Positions 39,307 through 52,900 of a DNA stretch of 64,000 bases are shown here, in pieces. The notes below the pieces were generated by a model, which saw only the letters and a list, made by a program, of their open reading frames with translations, was not told the DNA's origin and did no database searches. How positions within the stretch are numbered: position 1 is the first letter of the stretch; every line of letters starts with the position of its first letter. A program made the position numbers and the translations under genes. Origin of the DNA: Camelus dromedarius (taxonomy: Eukaryota); the NCBI RefSeq assembly GCF_036321535.1, contig NC_087437.1, forward strand, positions 66,032,001-66,096,000. Reading direction: 5' to 3'.

Positions 39307-42300
39307 AAAATTTTGCATATATACTTTCAGTTAGCTAAATGACATTAACATTTTCAATATCTATATACTATTCATCTCCATGTTTTTGAAGAATTGAGTA
39401 GAAAAAGTTACACAAACCCTGTGTTGACTGCCCATCCAGATTTTTTAGGCAGACCTGATCACAAATATTCTGTGATACTATTCCCTAAACTGGCACTTAC
39501 CACTTTAAGTGCGGATGCCTGTCTAGTTTTTTTTTTAATGGTAGGAGTTCAAATTATAGATGTGAATAAGTGTAGTTACCCAGATATGGCCTCAAGCGGA
39601 CAAATCAGATTGGGGGTGGGGATGGGGAGGCTTTTCTCATTTAAAAAAAATGGAAATAGAATAAACAATAATGCTTTACAATTTGGGTCTGTTATATTTT
39701 CCCATCTGTTCTTCACCATTTCCCGTGAAACAAATACAGCATTGTTACTCACATCTAAAGAATGAAAAGACTAAGTAAGGTTCAGAGAGATGAAGTCATG
39801 TGCTTGTTTTTTTCTAATCTCCAAACCACTATTTACCTCACTATCTCCAAAGTTGTTTCAGCAATACCCACAAAGATTTTTTGAAAAGTGACTCACCTAT
39901 ATCATGGACAAGTAGATGTATGTTGATAATCACCAAAAAGAAAGACAATCTGGAAGGAAAAAAGAGAAAGGCAGGAAATACGCTTCAGCTAAAAAAGAGT
40001 GTGAGCCAGCATAACCCAGCCCCAACCCTGCTGGATCCAAGGAAGGTCCCCCAGGTCCCACCTCCAGGCTCCATGCCCACCAGATGCACCCTTAGCAGAC
40101 AGGCTTCCAGCACTTCGACATTCCATGTGGGATTGTCCACTGAGTCAAGTTCACCCAAGCTGATCCTATGCAGATTTGTTTGATTTGCTGTATGAATCTG
40201 GAACTCTATTACTATAAAATGCAAATAGATCTCTATAGGTGAGTCACATTTGAATTCATTTGGATCAGAGTGGGCCTTAAGATGATGTTTGAGGGGGTTA
40301 ATGACAACTTCCCAAGCAATTGTTGCTGGCCTTTCTGGATGTTGCTGGGGGAAAGTCAGCAGTAGGGGAGGCATAACCAGTAGATTACAGGTGTATCTGA
40401 GAAGTTATGGAGCAATGTTTCCCAAAAGGAGAACATAACCAAGAGACAGTACTAAACATATCTGCCCAGCCAGGGACACACTTTAATGGGAAGGGTATTA
40501 ACAAGCCTGGGACGGCTCTGGACAGGGTGGGAGAAAGGACTTAGGGAACACTCAGCCCCTTCAAGAAGCTCTGATATAAATGCACAGCTACAGCAGGTAA
40601 AGGCAACCCTACTGACAGTCTGGATTCAGTCCCTCTCTCTGGTCTCATCTCTCACTACTCTCTCATACCTCGAGTTCCACCAGTACCATCCTGAAGTTAT
40701 ATAGTGCTGTTCATACCCTCTTTTCCTGGCACAATCCCCGTCACACCACCCTCATCTGCCCCCCCCCCCCCCCACTACTCACTTATCAACCAAAACTCTG
40801 CCTCTTCTTATAATCTATTAAGGAGCAAAAATAACCCCACAACCTACCAGGTCTGTGATACATCAGAATAATAGCAGCTATATATCAAATGTTAACAAAT
40901 GCTAATTTTAATCATCAAAATAAGCCTAGGAAATGGTTAGTATTATTAATTCCATTTTTTTCTTTTTCATTATATCCATTTTCTAAGTAAGGAAACTAAG
41001 ACATAGAGAGGGTAAATAATTCAGCAAGGTCACACAGAACCAAGACTCTCACCTTTCAGGTTAGCTGAAGCCTGTGCATGTCACCTAAATTCTGTCCTGA
41101 CCAACCCCTACAACTTCATCACACACCGTGGGAAGTCGGGTCAACCAGGATGTCCACCAGAAGAACAGGAAGCTCATTGCTGATGAAGCAGATGGCTTGT
41201 GGAATATTACAAAAAGTCTTTTTCCTAGAGGCCTATTGGACCCTGGAGAATATGTGCTCTGTGGGTTGAATATTAACAGACACAGATTTCTTCAAAAGAA
41301 CAAGAGGATAAACGAGCAGCCCTTGCCAGCAAATGTCCAAATAAAGCATTTCTGGGGTTAGTGGGACAAATGGAAAGATTCATTGCCAAGACTATATACT
41401 CTGATTAGGAATATGACTAGTGATTGCCAGCAACTGCTAACTTAGAAAATATCTCTGTGGTATATGTAGCAAAAAAATTTTTAAGATATCTAAAATAATA
41501 TAAAATATAAAAGGCAGTATGCCAGATAACAGCTATTAGAACTATAGATAGTTAACAGAGAGAGACTGTAGTCAAATGTCATAGAGGAAAAAAGTTGTAG
41601 GAATATAAAATGCCTTTTCAACTCAATGAAATTTCATTATCTATTTCCAAGATTAAAAGCTTTTCATCATCATAAAAGACATAAATCCTAAAGCCTTCCC
41701 GTTTCCTCCAACCCCAGTCAGAGATAAAATTTGCTCCTCTGCACTTCTATTGTATTTTGTATTTTTATATAATACTCTCACACATTTAATAGAGCTTATT
41801 TTTTATGATTCTAATAGTAACACATATTCAGTTTTAAAATACTAGAAAAATAGAAAAGAATAAAGAATATTATCATTACTTTTAAGTCCATCACCCAGAC
41901 AACCACGATTTCCATTTTGGAGTATTGTTTCTCAGTCTCCTGTATGTGTACTTTTTAAGGTAACTAAATTTGTATACAGTTTAGGGTCCAGCTGCTTAAA
42001 CTGTTTTGTGAGCGCTTCTTTGTCATTAAAAATAACCCTATAACCTGGTCTGCACTTTGATAGTTATTTGTTTGCATAGCTTATCACCCCTACTAGACTG
42101 TAAATTCCCTAAGGGTCTGCCTACGTCCTCTTGTCTTTCATATGTCCGTCATTGTGTTCCACGTGTTGTACAGCCCCAATACGTGTTTATTGCATTAACA
42201 AAATTAAATTTAATCTAGTGTAACATTTTAACAAATTTTCACTGTATAACAGGAAAAAGACAAAAAGAAGGAAAAACAGAAAAATAAAATTCATAAACTA

Positions 42301-43364
42301 CGAAAGATGAGTATGAACTCCACCAAAACAGAAAATTCCAGCAGTGCACCCAGGTATTGTCTCCAGGCCTTACACCCTTTTCACCTCTCATCTACAGGAA
42401 AACTACGAGGAGACTATGAACTAGCTCGATGTAAAGGCATACATGTAAAGGGACCACATGCAGTTGGAGGAGATACCCAAACACTTCAGTCACATTTGGC
42501 TCTCTGGTTCACAATCATGGCCAACAATTTCTCCCAAATAAATAGTCTCTTCATTGTAAGAGCTTACCTGTATCACTGCTGGTCCTTCTGATCAGCCTGT
42601 GCGAAGCAAGGTGGTGAGGCGGAGTCAGCATGTCTTCAAAGGGATGGCTGTGTGGCAGTGCCCAGGGGGAGGGCTTGGTGCTGCTGTGATTACCACACTG
42701 TTGCAGCAAAAGCTCAGCAAAGAGCTCTGCGAGTGTTCATGTTTCTAATAGCTGTATTTGTTGGCTAAAAAAAGTGTTTGCAAGGCATTGTGGCTGAAAA
42801 GTGGAACTAAAAGAACACCATCATGTCTAATATTGGAGAATTAGCAAAAAAAATCAAAATACAAAACTTAATGTATGTTTACACATATATATGATTCCAA
42901 CTCTGTGGGGGGAAATTATATGTACATAGAAAAGGAAGGAAATACACCAAAATGTTAGCAGTGATTATTATGATGTGTGATTTTGGTTGTTTTTATTACA
43001 TTTCTCTGAATTTTCTGTAGTGACCTTTTCCATTTACATTATGATAAATACTTCATAACTGGAAAAATAAAGAAATGTACAGACAGATCTTACACATATA
43101 ATGTGGTACAGAGAGTGAGGGTACAGGAAGGAGAGCAAATGAGATTTATTCTCTATTCTCTTCCTCTTAGGGATAAGTATGGTTTGTGTCTCCTGTTCAA
43201 AGTCTTTCTGATTAACTTTTAAACTCAAGTTCAGTGGTGGCCTTTCCCTCACCCACCACCACTGCAAATGGATGACTGGGTCTGGGGCTGAACCAGGTTG
43301 CCCTAGTCCTTACACTCCACACGCAGCCCAGGTGGACTATAGATGATAACACCACAGAGGGTTT

Positions 43365-43487
43365 TAATGAAAAAGTATATGAAAACGAATATAGGTATGT
43401 ATATGTATGACTGAGACATTGTGCTGTACACCAGAAATTGACACATTATAACTTACTGTACTTCAATTGAAAAAAAGAAAAAAAAGA
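43365..43487 (+). mobile_element. Very short young L1 3' end
   Basis: atgtatgactgagacattgtgctgtacaccagaaattgacac plus an A-rich tail; related to 1375-1450. Confidence 0.8.
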
Positions 43488-44449
43488 CAAGAACAGGAGG
43501 CTTTCTGCTGGGGGTCTGCCAGAGGCAGCTATACTCTGGATCCCTGGCCCCATTTGACTGTGAGTGAAGTAGTTCCTCCCTTTGCATCTCTAGAACCTCT
43601 CAGGAAGGTTGGAAGAAGGAAACACCTACGAAGTTTCAAAATAAACTTAGAGCTACATCTACAAACATGAACTGTTGAGCTCCTGCAACATCCAACATAG
43701 ATCTTTTACACAGCTGCTCAATAAAATAACTGTGGAATGGAATATAATGGAATGAAATAATTGCAGTCAATTCATATCACTTCTGTAATTCCTGCCATAG
43801 GGCTTGATGCAGAAGAGAAACATCGTGATATTACCACAGTCCGGAGAAACTGGGAAGGATACTTTGTACTCAGATATAAGGCTTTTCTACAGGTGCCACA
43901 TTCCATAGGCTCCCCTAAGCCTGGCAGTCTTTTCATCAATGTCTAGATGAGCTAATAAGGAAACGGGATTTTGAGCTTTCAGTAAGGAAAGAATCAGAGA
44001 TGTTCTCCTGACCTAGTATTCATACCTCTCCCTCCATGATCTAGGCCAACTTACCATTTCAAGCTTTACCGCTCCTTTATACGATACCATAACAGTACAC
44101 CTTACATTTAGGGGGCAAAGTTACAATTTAAAATATTTTCTGCTATTATTCTCTAAAGTGCGCCAACACTTGGCTATTGTAACCACCACTCCAAGCACAC
44201 CAGCCAAACTAGACCCTTCATCATTACCCAGGCATATGCTTTCCTTCTTGTTGTTGACATTCTTTCTCAAGAAATAACCTTCTTCATTTCTTTTCCTCCA
44301 ATTTCACATGCCTCATCCCATCTCTACCAAAACCCCACTACCCAATGAAGGCTTTCCTAATTGCAGCAGCCTGAAACGGTCTCTTCTTTCTGAATTTTCA
44401 TAGTATTTGGTTATGAATCTATATGACAGTTAATATTTTAATTACTTGG

Positions 44450-45300
44450 TTTATAACAGCTTTATTGAGATAAAGTTCACATATCACACACTTCATCTAG
44501 TTAAAGTGTATAGTTCAATGGTTTTAGTATATTCACAGAGCTGTACAAACATCATCACAATCAGCTTAAAAATGTTTTCATCACCCCCAAAAGAAATTCT
44601 GCCCATTAGCAGTCATTCCCCATTCCCCCTTCTCTCCAGCCCCTGGAAACCATTAATCTATTTTTTATTTCCACAGATTTGCCTGTTTTGGATGGTTCAT
44701 GTAAATGGACTCATATGTCCTGTGGTATGTATGTAACTGGTTTCTTCCTTTTATGTGTTTTCATGTTTTCAAGAATGACCCATATTGTAACATATATCAG
44801 TACTTCATTTTTATTGCTAAATAATATTCCATTTATGGATAAACACATTTTATTTATCAATTCATCAGCTTATAGAAATTCGGGTTGTTTCCACTTTCTG
44901 GCTATGATAATAATGTGGCTATGAACATCTGTGCACAAATTTTTGTTGGATATGTCTTTTCAGTTCTCTTGGATATATACCTAGGAGTGGAATTGCTGGG
45001 TCACGTGGTAATTCTATTTTTTAACCTTTTGAGGAACTACCAAGACTATTTTCCAAAGTGGCTGCACCATTTTACATCCCCACCAGCAGTATATGAGGAT
45101 TCCAATTTCTCCATATCCTCCTGAGCAGTCATTGTCTATCTTTTAGCTATCCTAGTGGGTGTGAGCAGTATCTCTTCGTGGTTTTGATTTGCATTTGCTA
45201 ATGATACTGAGCATCTTTTCGTTTACTTATTGGTTATTCCTAGATCTTCTTTGGAGAAATGTCTATCAGACCTTTTGTCCACTTTTATATTGGACTATTT
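44450..45300 (-). mobile_element. Old LINE-1 3' end (L1MB-like)
   Basis: aacagctttattgagataaagttcac...tttccaaagtggctgcaccattttacat...tctttggagaaatgtcta. Confidence 0.88.
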
Positions 45301-48300
45301 GGGAGTTTATGGGTTCATGTTTAATCTCCGTTATTTTTATTATACTATAAACCTCTATGTGTACTTTTTAAGATAACTAAATTTGTATACAGTTTAGGGT
45401 CCAGCTGCTTAAACTGTTTTGTGAGCACTTTTTGTCATTAAAAATATACTCTTGAAGGCAGTGATTGCATTTCGACAGAATCATAAACTTTGAAGCCATA
45501 TTCTGTTATGTTCATATCCAGCCCCTTCATAACTGTAAAGTGGCAAGTTACTTAATTTTCTCATACTTCAGTTTTCTTGTCTGTAAAACGAGGATAACCT
45601 TATAGAATGGGGATGAGGATTAAATAAAATAATAACTACAAAGCCCTTAGGATAGTGTCTGGCACTGAGAAAACAATAAATGTTAGCCATTGGTTTTGGT
45701 TATCTCTATACATCTCCAACGCATAGTTCAGTTTCTTCCACATAAGAGGTGCTCAGTAAGTATTTCTGAATGAATAAATTGGGGGCTAAAAGTATTTTAG
45801 CTTGTTATAGTCGTTGTTATGACTAGCTATCTATAAAAAAGTAAAACAACCCAATTATGGAACATAGGCTGAACAAGTGGAAAAAATTTTAAAGATTAAA
45901 AGCCACTTAAATTCCCAAGACAATCACCAAGGAAAGCACCTAACCAGGTGTGAGAAAATCCCTAAATGAAGTGAATTCAATGGAAGGAGTGATGAGGATG
46001 CTTTCACAGCTCTTACAAATGCTTAGTAAAAAACACCCATGTCCAAAAATGTCGTGTCATTATTTGAATCTGCAAAATAAACAGAGCCCATACTTCAAAA
46101 GAGACTGGGTGCAGGGGAAAGGTATTCAGGAAAGCTTAGTCTACCAATTAATATAAATCTATCAATTCCATGGCAAAGAATACACTGAGGCAGAGGAAGG
46201 AACTGCTAATAACAAAATCGTAGACCTTAAATTACAAAACTGGCTGCAGACTCACTCTACGCTCCTATAAACATAAAGGCTAACTCCTTCTCATGGTGGC
46301 TTGAAAGACTACAGCTCCCTCTGCCTTCAATGCTGCCTTGAACAGAGAGTAACTGTTGTTTGAGATTTGGACTACAGTTTGTGTAAGAAGATGGCAGAAC
46401 TTTAAACCACCTCAGGCCAAATTGGATAAATCAATCTGAGAGGGACTCAGCAATGGAAATAATCCAAAACCCTGCATGCTAGGCTAAGCCATTGACCTTC
46501 ATCTGATAATGAATGAAGAGACTCAGGGTTAGGAGGGGAGGAAGAGAGAGAGATAGCTTGAAATAATGAAAGCAGTAGTTCAGAAAAGTTATCTGAATCC
46601 AAGGTAGCTGGAATGGAGGTAAGAGTTCAGTTTAGGAGGTACAAGGTCCTGATACAATCTGGAAATAGAGAGGACAATAAGCATAAATCTCAAGTGTCAA
46701 GACCAAGGGCAAGGAGAGTTCAGACAAACCTTTCAAATTATAATCTGGAAAACATGGTCTGGCCCAGAACAGAAAAGCACAGTTTATGTAAGAAATTGTG
46801 TCATCATGAGTAAAGGTTGTTCTCAACTTTGTTTCTCTTTACGCTGATGATGATCTATAAAGCGGGAAACAGTAATAGTTATAACAATAACTATTACTAC
46901 TATTACTGCTAATAATAATAATTGCCACTACTTATGGATTATTTACTTCAAACTGACCCTATGAAACAGACAATATTCATCATAATCAAATGAGATCAAG
47001 GCTTAAAGAGAGTAAGTCACAAAATCAAGATTAAGTAAGAGAAATCTCATTTGCAGAGGTGGGATTTGAAACCTGTCTCTGATAAAAGCCAAAGCCCACT
47101 TTTTCTCTACTTTAGTATGTTGCCTCCCAGCTAGTTTATGAAAGGATTCTCCACTCAGCTTTGTTTTTTTCTGTACTCACTACTTACTTAGTGCTTGCTG
47201 TATCTCACGGAGGGCTGTAGTAAATACATTCAGTTCCCCCCCTCAGGAAACATGGACAGGATGGCTGAAGGAGGAAGTGCCCTTCACTTGGTCTCTGTTC
47301 TTTTTTCAGTAACATTCTAGTCAGGAGACCTATCTTGAAACAGTCAATTTGACCTAAAACTGACTTAACGGTGAAGTTCCTGTAAGTGGGCAAGTACACC
47401 ATGTATTTCCCCAGTTCCCTGTAATCCATCTTCCTTTCCCTAGACGTCGCATCACGTTGTCTCCTTTTCCCTTCACGCTCTCCGGTGCCCCCACGGCCTC
47501 TCTGCCCTCTCCTTCAGCTGGCCCCAAGACAGACCCCATCACTGTGAGGTTCACTAGCCACCAAAGCTCCTTCAGTTCCCAGAGGGTTTTCAGAACTCTC
47601 TAAGCAGACTGGGTAGTTTCAAGGCCCACTGCAGTGTTGAGGGATGCTGCTTTATTTAGACCCATCTCATTTCAGCAAAGAGATGCATCCATGGTAGCTG
47701 AGGTAGAGAGGGTTATAAATGAGCCGAAAGGGGATTCTCACATTACTTTCAGTCTATCTTCAAAACTGTCTACCAGGTAGCTTCATTCTCTACTATTGAG
47801 GCTAATTCCATCTTTTCCCCTCTAACTTCACTGATTTGTGAACCTAACTCTATTTCTGAATCATAATTTGAATTATTTTTTCTCATTTCACATTACATTC
47901 CTGTCAGTTTATTTTATCACAAACACACACACATTTTTAAAAGCATAAGACTGTACTATTTTAAATATTTGCAATTTTCACATATTAGGTTTCTGCCAGA
48001 ATGTAATCTTGATCCAAAGCAAGATATAATTTTTTAAAGGACCCTTTCAAAACAAGTTTCAAATTCAGAACACTCCATGGGTTTTAAAAACATTCCATCT
48101 CTAGTTTAAACTCACAATGTGTATCCTCCCATAACTATAACTCAAAAAGAAATTAAGTTAAAGTTTGGCAGAGGGTAAGAAGCATAAAGTTTCCCACACC
48201 AACGACTGGCAAGAAAAAAGTTACTTTATTTCCCTTTTTAGGAAGAAAGCAATTTAATGGCACTGGTTATGAACAATCTTTGAATATTTTATGCATTAGC

Positions 48301-48879
48301 TTTGTAAAAATACGCTAAATATTTTCCTCATTTCTATTCATGATTTTCAAAATTGTAAAAAGTAATTTCAGGAAAGACTGAGTTTAAGGCAAGGGAAAAA
48401 ATATGTTAATTGGAAGTCCTAAATTAAAGCCAGTCAGGATTTTCCCAATTAAATTGTAGTTTCAACTTGAAGTAAAATCTCAATGCTTTCTGTGTTCTTA
48501 AACCGATCAATAAAATTGAGCTATTTCAAATTAACAAAAAAATCTTCCGTGGCTCCCAAATTCATTTCTAGCCACTACAACTTAAACTAAAAAAAACCCG
48601 CAGAAGTACTTCTACAGCTAAAATGGCGAAACGTCCTTATTTGACAGACATTCCTTTTAAAACGCTTTTTTTTTTTTTAAATCCTGTAGGGCAAGCAAGG
48701 CAAGGATGTTTTATGGATAGAGATACAGAAATCAAATCCCTTGTCGGAGGAAACAAGGCTGACCCGAGGTAAGATCAAGAGTTCTGATTTCTAGTTCAGC
48801 TGTCTTCGCACTTCAAAGTCGGCTTGGTTAATCCTGGGACTTTAAAATTCCTGGGGCTTGCTGTCATGGAGCTGAACCA

Positions 48880-49940
48880 CCACTGAATTCCTGTGTTCTC
48901 GCCGACCCCGCAGACTAGGGGCCCCACTCCTAAACCGGGAACCAAGTGGGCGGTGCATCATGACGCGCGAACCCTCAAAGCCAAATAACCAAACTGTCCT
49001 CGGCTGTTTACTGGGGGCGGTCCTTGACTCCGGGGACAGGTCACCAGACTGCAAGGACTATAAAGCGCGGCCGCCCAAACTCAGCAGGCCGCGCAGAGTA
49101 ATCCCTGGGACCGCCGGGTGTCCGACCCCGCCCGGCGCACCCTCTCTGCGCTGCGCGCCGCGGGAGGCGGAGCCCGGTCCCGGTCCCGGAGCGGCGCGCG
49201 CACCCGGCCGCCTCGCGTCGCGTCCCGTGACTCGTCGGGGGCGCGCGAGGTTAGCGCCCGCCGGCGCCACTTCCGACGCAGCGCTCGGTTCAGGTTCCGG
49301 GGCGCCGCGGAGCTCCCGGCCTGTGGGTCGCGCGCGGCCCGGTGAGGCGGCTGGGATGGAGGAGGCCGGAGCCGCGGTGATCGCGGCCGGAGAGGCGGAA
49401 CTGAATCTGTCCCGGTTCAGCGTGTCCCCCGAGACCCTGGAGTCGGAGCTGGAGGCGCGGGGCGAGGAGCGGCGCGGCGCGCGGGAGGCTCTGCTGCGGC
49501 TGCTGCTGCCGCACAACCGTCTGGTGTCGCTGCCGCGGGCTCTGGGCAACGGTTTCCCGCATCTCCAGCTGTTGGACGTGAGCGGCAACGCGCTGACCGC
49601 GCTGGGGCCGGAGCTGCTGGCGCTGCGCGGCCTGCGTACGCTGCTGGCCAAGAACAACCGGCTTGGCGGGCCCGGCGCGCTGCCCAAGGGCCTGGCCCAG
49701 TCGCCGCTCTGCCGCAGCCTCCAGGTGCTCAACCTCAGCGGAAACTGCTTCCAGGAGGTGCCCGCCTCTCTGCTGGAGCTGCGCGCGCTGCAGACCCTCA
49801 GCTTGGGCGGCAACCAACTTCAGAGCATCCCGGCCGAGATCGAGAACTTGAGGAGGTGAGCTGGTGCCTGCCTGAGAGCAGGGAGGCCCGGGGCCCCGCG
49901 CCTGCTCTTGGCGCCTTCGGTTGTCACGATTGTGACGGAC
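48880..49940. promoter_or_regulatory. CpG island and LRRC58 promoter (possibly bidirectional)
   Basis: Very GC- and CpG-rich; GC boxes GGGCGG at 48948-48953 and 49015-49020; half-CRE TGACG at 48961; TATAAA at 49059-49064; covers LRRC58 exon 1. Confidence 0.88.
49356..49855 (+). CDS. LRRC58: LRRC58 exon 1, coding part (leucine-rich repeats)
   Basis: gggATGG Kozak context; MEEAGAAVIAAGEAELNLSR...; repeated LxxLxLxxNxL; AGG AG|gtgagc; 500 nt. Confidence 0.96.
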
Positions 49941-52900
49941 CTGTCTTCGTCCAGGCTCTTTCTTGAACTCTGACTGTGGTCACTACCCTGCCAACTCTGC
50001 GAGTAGTGAAGATCTAATAAGACCGTGGGTGTGACCCCGTTTGGGTTGTTGTGTTTGCCCTATGCAGAATTTCGAGGCAGTTTTTCTGTCGTCTTTCTAG
50101 GGTGTGGGAAGTGATCCGAACTGAGTACATACTCAAACAAATGTAAATCTGAAGTTGTCACTTACTTGCCCCTAGGTCTCATGTGGTTTTCCATGCCTGT
50201 AGATCAAAGTTTATGTCTTTCAGCGTGACATACAAGGTACTCTGATCTCACCCTTCTTTTCCACTCCATTTCCTGCTCTGTCTTGTATGTAACAATGCCA
50301 GCAATACTCTGTGGAATTCACTGAGCGTACCAGCACCTTGTAGGCACTCACCAAATGTGTGTAGAATGGATACAATGCCTCTGGTACATGTGCTGTTCTT
50401 TTGCCCAGAATATTGTCTGCACCTGGCAAGATCTATTCATCTTTCAAAATCTGTTTCAAGGGTTATGTCTTGTTTCCTTTACTGCTTCCTGGACAACAAT
50501 TAATTAATGCTTAAACTGTACTTGTTCAGTATCTCATTCATCCTGCCATTGCACTTGGCTTATTGATTATAATTTCTTGTTTACAGATCTGCCTCATCTA
50601 CTAGATTATTCAGTGAATATATGCTGAGTTAAATGAAAGGAGGAAGCAGAGAAGCAGGATAACAAAAGTCCCCTAAAGGTGCCCTGCCGGGGAGTGAGGA
50701 GTAAAGCAAGAGCAAGTGTATTGTCCAAAATGAAAAAAAAAAGTATCTTCCACCTGCAAAATATTTTCATTCTTTATTGCATTTTCTGAGATACCAGAAT
50801 ATCAGGGCTGAAAGAGACTTCAAAATTGAAGAGTAGTAAAAGAACACTGCCCTGAGAATAAGAACTCTTGGTGTCCCAGCCTTGGGCAAGTCACTTAACA
50901 TATCCTATAGCTTCCTAATCAGCAAAATGAAGCATTCAGACAAGATGTTCCTTTGTTTACTCACTAACAGATTTTTATCAAGCACTTACCCTGTGTCAGG
51001 TACTGTCGTAGGTGCTGGGGAACAGTGGTGTATGTGATCCTGCCTTCATGGAGCATACTGACAGAGGAGACGTTAAACACGTAACTGTAAACTTCATTAT
51101 TTAATTTCAGTTGTCATAAGTTCTATGAAGAAGTACAGAGTGCCTTGAAATGCAATTAACTTAGTTTGGTCTTTGAGCAAGTACATTAGAATTGAGCTTT
51201 TAAAGGAAGAGTAAGAGTTAACCAGAGAGGGTGGGATGGTATCAGTCCAGGTGGAAGGAACAGCATGTGTGAAAGAAAGCCCAGAGGCAGGAATGACTGA
51301 AGGCCAAAATTTTGAAAGGAGGACATTGTACTAGAGCATAATGAGGAAGTGACCAAGAGGGAAAGTGGCAAATATAAATTTGGTAGTGTCTTGAAGGCCA
51401 TGATAAGTACTTATTCTAAGTACTCATGAAAGAGTTTTTGAAAAGCACATCTGTCTCGTTGCTTTGCAGGAATGGAGTGGGAAGAGGGTGGGGAGAGAAG
51501 AGATTTTGAGGGCTAGTTGGAAGGTGGAGAATAGAACTTCTATTCTAGTAGAATGAGAGATAATGGTAGCTTATACCAGGGTAATGGTAGGAGAGATAGT
51601 AAGAAATAGAAGGGTTGGAGAGAGATTTAGATACAAAATTGACAGTCTTGGTTTCTTCTAATTTTGATGTTATGTAATTTCAACATTCTCATTTGAATTT
51701 TCTTAAGAAAAACCCAGAGAAAATATTATTTCCATCCCACGGAGGGAAAGGTAGGCAAAAATCCCACTTATTGAGTACTTACAATGCAGTTAGCCCTGCT
51801 GTAGATGCTCTAAATAGGCTTTTTAAGGCTCACAATGACTCTGTGAGATGTGAGGAAGGAACTCAGGTGCTGAGATATAAAGTAGTAAGATCACAAAATC
51901 AGTGAGTGGTAGAACTGGATTTGACTTTTGGAATCTCTGACTTCAAAGTCATGAATTTTCCTCAGTGACAGAGTAGGGCTAGAACCTAATTCTCAACTTC
52001 TGTTGTATATGTGATCAGGAGGATTGGCCAAAGCCATTTGCCTGATTGACCTGATTTTCTGGGCTACCAGCTATGGTTTTTGATCATAGTACCTTTGTCT
52101 CCAGTTGTGTGTAGGCTCTTTTATGTTAGTGTTTTTATTTTTCAGTTCTATGTTCCATTTCTCTTTACTGGTAAGAATTAGTTTAAGTTTTAGATTATAT
52201 GCTCCAAATGTAAACTCTGGTTGAATGTAGGCAAAATAGTTATGTAGAAATATACTCTTAGAAAAATAGAAACAGCTGGCAACTGGCCTGATTCACCCCC
52301 TTCTTTTTCCAGATGAAGAAACTGAGATTTAGTATCAGTGGCTTGCTTGAGGCCAGATAGTGACAGATTCATGTGGTTCAACCCTCAAATGCTCCTTATT
52401 ACTGACTACTCAAATAATACATTAAAGCTTCAGAAGTGTAGAGATGGAGGTTCAGTCACTCAAACCCTAAGGGACCTACCCAAGAACACCATCTTCTTCT
52501 TAGAATATATGTGAACTCCCTAGACCTCATTGATAACCTTGATGTATGCCGTGTGGCTTATAACACCAAGTCAGGTGTTTTGGACATTAAGAATATATCT
52601 ACCCTCTTTAACAACAATTTAAAAAATAATTCGGAGTGTATAATCCATGTAAAGGTCCCCTTTCTCCCCACCCTCCATCATTCCAGGAAGGAATAACAAA
52701 TTAATACTCCTAACTTAATTGGTGTAGTTGACCTCTCCAGATTTAGCAGGGTGTCTTCATGTATGTTTTCTGTACTCTGTTCATCATTTTCCCTACTGGC
52801 GAAATTTTTAAAAAGTGGTTTCTGAAAGATAATTTTGAAGTATAACAAATAAGTAGGTGGTGAAAATCTTATTTTTATGATTAACTTCATTCCCTTAGAG

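Larger units (their letters stand above)
41939..45446 (+). repeat. ~95-nt direct repeat pair (41939-42034 and 45352-45446)
   Basis: Manual alignment gives 3 substitutions and 1 single-base indel. Confidence 0.92.

Noticed and set aside
39500..39525. - strand donor GTG|gtaagtg as a micro-exon
   Set aside because: The upstream region is A-rich with no polypyrimidine tract, and the phase-1 frame contains a stop
48960..49355. 132-codon in-frame N-terminal extension of LRRC58 from the ATG at 48960
   Set aside because: Low-complexity Pro/Arg/Gly/Ala translation typical of stop-poor CpG islands. The ATG lies upstream of the TATA-like element, and the ATG at 49356 gives the expected 371-aa protein.
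49058..49817. Long antisense ORFs (251 aa and 175 aa) over LRRC58 exon 1
   Set aside because: Shadow ORFs caused by high GC content and codon bias; no recognisable domain
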